DNA of 64,000 bases from Diplonema japonicum (lineage: Eukaryota > Protista > Euglenozoa: Diplonemea): contig OZ025677.1 of assembly GCA_964019335.1 (NCBI GenBank), positions 124,001 through 188,000 of the forward strand, in the 5' to 3' direction. The position numbers and the translations under genes are program-made. Positions 57,694 through 64,000 of the stretch are shown here, piece by piece; the first letter of the stretch is position 1; each line of letters begins with the position of its first letter. The notes under the pieces are model-generated. The model made no database searches and was not told the DNA's origin. It worked only from the letters and a program-made list of their open reading frames with translations.

Positions 57694-59022
57694 TTAAGAA
57701 GCTTTTGCATCTTCTGTCCAGGTTTTCCATCGTTCCCAAAGGTCGTTCATATCCAGCTCGGGGGGCGGGGTGGAAGGCGGTGGTGGTGCGGTGCCTGGCA
57801 ACACGTCATCACCGTAAAAGAGCTGCAACACACGTTCCTTACTGAGAAGATGTTCGATGACTGCTCGCCGGTCTTCCTCTGTGATGGTGGACCCGGCTTC
57901 TGTGTAAGCTGTAATGGACTCTTTCAAATAGACTTCAAGCTCTGTTCGTTGAGACAAAGCCGCCAGATGCGCAGCGCGTACCCCTTTAACGTTGTTTCGT
58001 TCGATGTCGAGGAGGGAGTTGACCCGCTGCAGGGCCTCCTCATATCTGCCTAGCCTTAAGTGTTCGGGCGTGTTTAGGTCTGTGGCCTCCTGCAGAGAAC
58101 CAAGGAGTAAACCTTCGGCATTAGTTCTGCTGGCGCCCGCATTGTTCATCAAAGATGTTTGCATTGTAAAGATGTGGGATTCCAAGTGGGTTATTCTGTT
58201 TTTCAGTCGAAGATTTTCGTCCCGGACTTTTTTCGACTCGTCCATCAGCAGGACTTTGTCCTCTTCCTGTGCACGGTGCTCCACCAGGAGGCCTTTGTTG
58301 AGCTCGAGGAGCTTCTTTGAGGTTGTGTGTTTTGCCTCTGTTTTTATCAACTTCTTGTTGACTTCTTCTTGAAGTTTTTTGTTCTTGCTGACCCATTCGC
58401 CTGTTTTGTTCTTACCCGTTCGACGCTCGTCTTCTAAGTCCTGCGTCTTTGCGGTGATCTGTTGGACAAAGGCTTCTTCCATGACCTGTTTTTCCTCGCT
58501 GGCGTACTGCTCTGCTGCGCCACGAAGGCTTGCAATTTTGGCCTTGATCTTCTCGTTCATGGTGATGAGTGATGTAATGGTGTCTGTGCTCGTGCTGTTC
58601 AAAGCTTGTTGAAGCTGCCCGTTTAGTGAGGTTACTTCTATCTCGAATCTTCTGGAATTGACGACAGCCTTGTCTTGGATGTGTTCTGCGATTTGTGCCA
58701 GCGATTCGTTTTGTCGTCTCAGTTTTTTCTTGGCGACTTCATACTCGTAGAGCTTGTCCTGCGTTGCCTCTTGCTGCTCTCCTTTTCCCAGGCCGCCCCG
58801 CATCTTGTCTAGTACGTTCCCCAGTACCTTTCCTTTTTCTTTCTGCGGGCCCTTTCCCTTCACTTCTTTCCCCTTCCTTTCTTTTCCCTCCTGCTTCACG
58901 TCCATGCCCCCGCTGCAGCCCTCTGGGTGGTAGTCGCGCAATGCTCGCTCGAGCTTTTCTATATACTCGGACTTCTTGGCCTTTGCAGGCTGGGCAACAC
59001 CCCGTTTAAGTCGTGCTGCCAT
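57694..59022 (-). CDS. Long coiled-coil protein, possibly flagellar/basal-body associated (loose BBOF1/CFAP157-like C-terminus)
   Basis: Start at MAARLKRG after an A-run; heptad-rich; C-terminal RTELEVYLKESI...EEDRRAVIEHLLSKERVLQLFY. The family assignment is weak. Confidence 0.7.
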   Translation of the reverse strand: MAARLKRGVAQPAKAKKSEYIEKLERALRDYHPEGCSGGMDVKQEGKERKGKEVKGKGPQKEKGKVLGNVLDKMRGGLGKGEQQEATQDKLYEYEVAKKKLRRQNESLAQIAEHIQDKAVVNSRRFEIEVTSLNGQLQQALNSTSTDTITSLITMNEKIKAKIASLRGAAEQYASEEKQVMEEAFVQQITAKTQDLEDERRTGKNKTGEWVSKNKKLQEEVNKKLIKTEAKHTTSKKLLELNKGLLVEHRAQEEDKVLLMDESKKVRDENLRLKNRITHLESHIFTMQTSLMNNAGASRTNAEGLLLGSLQEATDLNTPEHLRLGRYEEALQRVNSLLDIERNNVKGVRAAHLAALSQRTELEVYLKESITAYTEAGSTITEEDRRAVIEHLLSKERVLQLFYGDDVLPGTAPPPPSTPPPELDMNDLWERWKTWTEDAKAS

Positions 59023-59288
59023 TTTTTTTTTTATTGTACTGGAGAGGGGAAATGGGAGTGGGGGTCGGGAAAAAAAAGGGGGGAAATACAGGTGAAAAAA
59101 GAAGGGGGGGAAAAAAGAACAGAAGGACGGGGGGGGGGGGGGGGGGATATCTAAACAAAAAGAAGGAAGAAAAACAACAACTGAAGAAAAGGCAGAAAAA
59201 GGGGGGGGGGGGGGAAGAAGAAGAAGAAGAAGAAGAAGAAAACAAACAAACAAAAAGAAGGGGGGAAAAAGAAATGTGTTTAAAAGCT

Positions 59289-60335
59289 TTACTTAAATTT
59301 CGAAACACGGGAAGCTCTTGAAGTCCGAGAAGCGGTGTCGTGGCCTGGCTTATTGAGCTGCCGTTGGATCGCAGCGTACATATCAGTGGCGGGTTTATGC
59401 GGTGTGGAAGGGGGCTTGCGAGGAGCCGATGACGTTCCCAAGGTTGACCCCGAAAGCCTCCTTTTGACATCAGTAGCTTGAAGCTGTTGTTGCACGGCAG
59501 CGAAGGTAGCATCGAACCCAGCACCTTCCGCCTCCTTCTCAAGAACAGACAGCCGCCGCTGAAGCCCTTCAAGCTTCTTCGTGTTTTCACCATCAGATTC
59601 CGTCGGCTCGGTGAAGCTCTCCTCTGAAGACTGCCCTTCCAGTTTCAACCCTTGAAGATAAACCCTCTCTGGTGAAGGGTCCCTTGTGGGTGCCCCCATA
59701 GTATGCCGGAACTCGTATGCATACTGTGCCGCAACAGGTTGATGTTGTTGGTATACTTGCGGCCCCACACCGGAACCAGGGCTGTTGCCACCCGCATTCT
59801 TCACAAGCTGTTCGATCGACTCTAAGATGTCATGTGCATTGACTGTTGATATTTGCTGTGGAAGTGGGGCTGGGACTGTATGTTGCAAAGGCGGTGGCCG
59901 CAATATCTGTGTGGGAGGTGGTGTTTGCTGTTGTTGGTTGTATTCGTGCCGCGGGTAATGAGGCGATGGGTATGGCCGTCTAGGGGAGACTTGCCGTTCG
60001 GTTGTTTGTCGGGTTGGTAGCAGTTGCTGGGTGGAAGATTGGTCGTGCCACTCTCCTACTTTTTTTGTCAGTTCCTCCACCATTCTCTCCAGATTCCCGA
60101 CTTTTCTCAGAACCTCCTCCTGCTGCTCGTTCGCCGCACCCCCGCTGCCCGATCCTATGGTGAACGAAGGCGACACTACTAAGGATGTGGGCATCCCTTG
60201 CATCTGGTACCCTCCCGTCCCTGCGACGTCTCCCACCAGGCTTTGGATCACCCCCATGCGTTGTTCGTCCTGCTTCAGCTCTTCTTTAATTCTTTGTACT
60301 TCTTGCCGGATGCTTATTCGGTCGTACTCACGCAT
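59289..60335 (-). CDS. Hypothetical coiled-coil / Q,P-rich disordered protein
   Basis: Start at MREYDRIS; long ORF with coding-like composition. Confidence 0.7.
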   Translation of the reverse strand: MREYDRISIRQEVQRIKEELKQDEQRMGVIQSLVGDVAGTGGYQMQGMPTSLVVSPSFTIGSGSGGAANEQQEEVLRKVGNLERMVEELTKKVGEWHDQSSTQQLLPTRQTTERQVSPRRPYPSPHYPRHEYNQQQQTPPPTQILRPPPLQHTVPAPLPQQISTVNAHDILESIEQLVKNAGGNSPGSGVGPQVYQQHQPVAAQYAYEFRHTMGAPTRDPSPERVYLQGLKLEGQSSEESFTEPTESDGENTKKLEGLQRRLSVLEKEAEGAGFDATFAAVQQQLQATDVKRRLSGSTLGTSSAPRKPPSTPHKPATDMYAAIQRQLNKPGHDTASRTSRASRVSKFK

Positions 60336-60462
60336 TCTTTTTTTTTCTTTTTCTTTTTTTTCCCCTTTTCTTTCTTCCTCTCGCCCCTCCCCCCTCCCCT
60401 CCCCTCTTTTTTTTTTTTTTAAATAGATGTGGCGGCATAGATATGATGGCGCAAAAAAGAAT

Positions 60463-60515
<53 letters not shown>

Positions 60516-61342
60516 ATAAAAAAGAAAAACACTAACGTAGGGGAAAGGGGAGCAAATGAAAAAAAAAGAAAGAAAAAGGACACACAAATAAAAAAGGGGG
60601 GGGGGGCAACTCCCGCCGTTTTCGTGTAGAATCGCTAGAATCGTATTATTTTTCTACCCCCCCCCCTCCCCCTGGATTTTAGCCCTGGGTCAAAAGAAGT
60701 GCAAAGCGTACGATGTTCTTAAGCAAACCCTTGGAAGGACCATGGTGTTGTTTTCCTGGTTCTTACCACCCGCATTGTGTTTCAGCCTACTCCCCACTAC
60801 TTGTGTCAACATTAAGGAAAGCATCCTGGAAAACATAAGTAGATTCTCTTCCTGAGACCTGTCCTGCTCTCAGATCCACGGGTTTCCGGGTCCTGCTGTC
60901 TGGTAAGGAAGGGGGTTAAGCAAGGATAACTAGTAACGATGCATAAAAAAAAAAAAAAAGCATAAAAGAGGCTTGGATTTTCATGCCTGAGCTAATTGTA
61001 TTGTTATCCTTTTTTTTTCTTTTTTTTTTTTTTTTTTTTTTCTCTCTTTGGGTTAGAGAGAAGAGTTGAAGATGCTTGTCTTAAGTTGTTAACCTCTCAA
61101 AAAAAAAAAAAAAAAAAAAAAAAAGAATAAAAAAAAAAAAAAAAAAGAATAAAAAAAACCCCTCCGAAAGGTATGGACACAACGACTTAAATATATATAC
61201 TTAATTAAGTATAAAAAAAAAAAAAAAAAAAAAAAAGAATGGGCGAATTCAACAGTTTGTAAAGGCGCGAGCAAAGGCGGGGGGAACAAAATACAGATGG
61301 AGGGGGTATTCCCCATAACCCCATCCTGTGTAATCTTTTTCG

Positions 61343-61348
<6 letters not shown>

Positions 61349-61384
<36 letters not shown>
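61349..61384. repeat. (CT)n microsatellite, ~18 units
   Basis: Directly visible. Confidence 0.95.
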
Positions 61385-61387
<3 letters not shown>

Positions 61388-61795
61388 CCCCCTTTTTCTT
61401 CTTCATCTTGTATTTCCTTTTGTTGGACACACTCTTGTTTTAGGAGGAGGGGGAGTAGCAAAAAAAAAAAACACAATAAAAGGGGGAGAAGAAAAGTAAA
61501 AAGCACCCCTTACCAAAAAAGCATCTCTTTCTCCCCCCCCCTTGTTAAAAATCGAATAGAACAAAAGAAACAAAGGGGGAGGGGGAGGGGGGGTCATTTT
61601 AATGGTAAATTAAAAAAAAAAAGAAAACGTGACGTTAAGGGAAGCCTACAGTAAGTGCGGGATCGAAAAAAGAAGAAGGGGGTAAGGAACGGTTGACGCC
61701 AAACTAAGGCACCCCGTCCCACCTACGAAAGACATCTCCTAGTCCTAGACAACGTTGAGCACTGAACTCTGAAAACCAACGGCAGATCGTTGTAG

Positions 61796-61833
<38 letters not shown>

Positions 61834-61947
61834 AAGAAGAAGGAGACAAAAGGCTTGCGTTCATTCTTTTTTTTTTTTTTTTTCCTCCCCCTTTTTTTTT
61901 TCTCGCCTTCTTTCCTCGCTAACCGTAAAAAAAAAAGGAAAAAAAAA

Positions 61948-63599
61948 TCACTCTTCCTCAGCCACGGCAGGTGCTGCAGCTTTTTCTTTTTTCTTTTTTC
62001 TTGTTTCTGTATCGCGCACGGTTCCGTATACCTATTTTTTTTTTAATTTTTAATTTTTTTTTTCCCCCTCCCCAATCAAACCTCCCAACATGTAATGACA
62101 AACGAATTTGTCCCTTTGCTGTTCCCCTTGTGGTCCATCGTCAATTTGAATTGCGAGTAGAACACACCAGCGGCGGCAGGTATGGTCCAAACACCTGTTT
62201 TGTTCTTATAGTTAATAGTGTCGTCTTCCTGGTGGACCATGAGCTCATCCCATGTGGTCCCATCTGCGGAAGCATGCAGCGTCCAGCTTCTTGGGAAGAA
62301 GTCAATGGACCCCGCTCTGTGTGAGAAGCTGTACGCCACCGGGGAGACAGAGATGTTTTGGGGGAAGGCGAACTTCACCCAGACGGGTTCGCCATCAGTA
62401 TCGCTCTCGCCCTCTTTCTTGATTTTCTCCGAGTAGAATATCTGTTTGTTGGTGAACCGCCTGTCGACAGCCGCTCTGCTCGACCCCACCACCTTCCCGT
62501 TCGTGGTGACCTTGAACCCAACATCAAGACAGGAGCCGCCTTGGCTGTTCCTGGCGACATATGCCAATGCGCCGTGGTTGCTTTGAAGAGCTTTGTTTCC
62601 GTGGGGTTTGAAGTAGTTCAGCTGGCGTTCTGCGGGGGGTGGTGGGGGGAGGGGTTTCTTCAGCTCGGTTTTCAAAGTATCATCGAAACTCTTGCACTCC
62701 CTCGCAGTGCCGTACAGCTCGAAACACGCAACATACAGCTCGTCCGTCCCCGATGTGTTCCCACCCTCGTCCATTTTCAAACGGAAATGCCTGTAGTACT
62801 TCGTGCACGGTGGTGTGGAGAACGCAGCCCATGGAACCGCTGCTGTCAGCGTCGCGTCGTCTCGGCGTCTATCAAGTGTTTCCCACACAGTGCCGTCGCT
62901 GGACGCTTCTAGGACCCACGATCTCAAGAAAGACTCTTCGCTCCGTGTACCAGTCGCAAGCGAGTACACAGACGGGCAGACTACGACAGATTCGAACTTC
63001 AGTTCGATCCATTGTCCAGCTGTCGTGCCTTGTGTGTTGAAAAAATGGTTCTGTGAGGTGTATGCCTTGTCCGTTACTGTGTACAGAGCAGGGGTTTCTT
63101 CTCCTGAAGTGCGCAGAGAGACTTCGGGGTGGGCGCCCTTTGCTGGGTTTGACCATGAGCTGCGGCCCTTGTGCATGCCCAGCCATGCGATGATGCCCTC
63201 ACCGTCGCCCACGCGTCGGAAAGAAAAAGAATGCGAGACTACCTCGCGTGCCGAAATTCTCGGTGCGATCGCCAGCAACGGGTGCTTCACAGCGACCGGG
63301 GCTTGCTCGTCTTCATCTGTTTCCTCGTCGAACTTCGTGAAGTTCGGCCGCCTCACTGGTTTCTTCCCCTTACCAAGCCGTCGGAGAGGGTGGTTTCTTT
63401 TCATGGCCTGTACTGCGCCGGGGCCGTCGGCAGTCACCTTTTCTGCTGCCTCTTGGCTTAACCCGGCTGCTTGGAGCTTTGCTGCTCCAAGGTGGATGGC
63501 GTCCTTTCCTGTCCTCACACCACTCTCCTTTAGACTCTTCACCGCCTCGTCGGGCACAGCAAGCTTCAGATGGCTGAAGAAGCTTGTTAGTTGTGACAT
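61948..63599 (-). CDS. Protein with a SAM-like N-terminus and two discoidin/F5-8 type C (HECTD1 SUN-like) beta-sandwich domains; exons 62082-63599 and 61948-62031
   Basis: Duplicated pattern WIELKF...PSVYSL...RSWVLEASSDGTVW...FRL...CFELYG and WVKFAF...PVAYSF...RSWTLHASADGTTW...FKL...CWE|VYG. Splicing restores the terminal EVYG motif. Confidence 0.8.
62032..62081 (-). other. 50-nt GT-AG intron, phase 0
   Basis: GAG|gtttgattgggg...aaaaaatag|GTA TAC GGA gives CWEVYG, matching CFELYG of the first domain. Confidence 0.85.
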
Positions 63600-64000
63600 T
63601 TTTTTTTCCCTTTTTTTTTTTCCCTTCTTTTTTTTTTCTTCTCCCAAATTCCCACACTCCTTTATTTTTAGTTGTGAAAGCAAACCAAGCGAACCATGCT
63701 AGAAAAGGCATAGGGCGTCAGGCGACCTCTTCTTGTAGTGGTGGGTTGTGCAATTTTCTTTACGCAGTCGAAATGAGAGGGGGAAAAAAAAAATGAAATA
63801 AAAAAATAAAAGGAGCATGGTTCATGGCTCAATGTGTGCCATCCCATGATGAAGAAGGAAGAGAGCGAATGAGAAAAGAAAAAGAAGGAGAAAAAAAAGA
63901 AATGAACAAAACAATTAGCTCGATCTATTCTTTGCGGTGCTGTCACCAGACTGTTGTTGCGTCTGGAGCGCGGTTGGTGTTACCTGTCCTGTCGGGCAAG

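Noticed and set aside
57694-60587. ORF-track N-terminal extensions (also 31673, 34325, 49979, 57661, 63683)
   Set aside because: They are translations of homopolymer-rich 5' flanks from non-ATG or upstream starts; downstream ATGs were chosen instead.
1-64000. tRNA, rRNA, SL RNA or snoRNA genes; sheath, baseplate or spike partners for the tube-like gene
   Set aside because: None recognisable by eye; covariance-model and HMM searches would be needed.

Overview
Eukaryotic protist genomic DNA, probably a euglenozoan and most like a diplonemid (inference). All ~22 credible protein-coding genes and both transposons lie on the minus strand. Intergenic DNA is dominated by A/T/G/C homopolymer runs, and the few GT-AG introns are very short. 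Genes, left to right: tail-anchored tandem PARP-like ART; MORN+VPS9 (alsin-like) GEF; acylated Ubl-ankyrin protein; D/D-GAF-GAF cAMP phosphodiesterase; small basic protein; PDZ protein with a YTHDPY motif; small membrane protein; GSAP/pigeon homologue; a signal-peptide-bearing protein resembling phage T4 gp19 / eCIS tail-tube proteins (the top finding); a ~2,540-aa CAP-domain membrane mucin; MFS transporter; beta-hydroxyacid dehydrogenase; a deleted piggyBac element with intact ends; four mosaic membrane-anchored SGNH hydrolases interrupted by a decayed OTU-APE-RT non-LTR retrotransposon; three CaaX vWA proteins; two coiled-coil proteins; and a tandem discoidin/F5-8-like protein. Five introns were reconstructed by hand; they correct four ORF-track gene models. 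All family assignments come from motif recognition by eye, not database searches.
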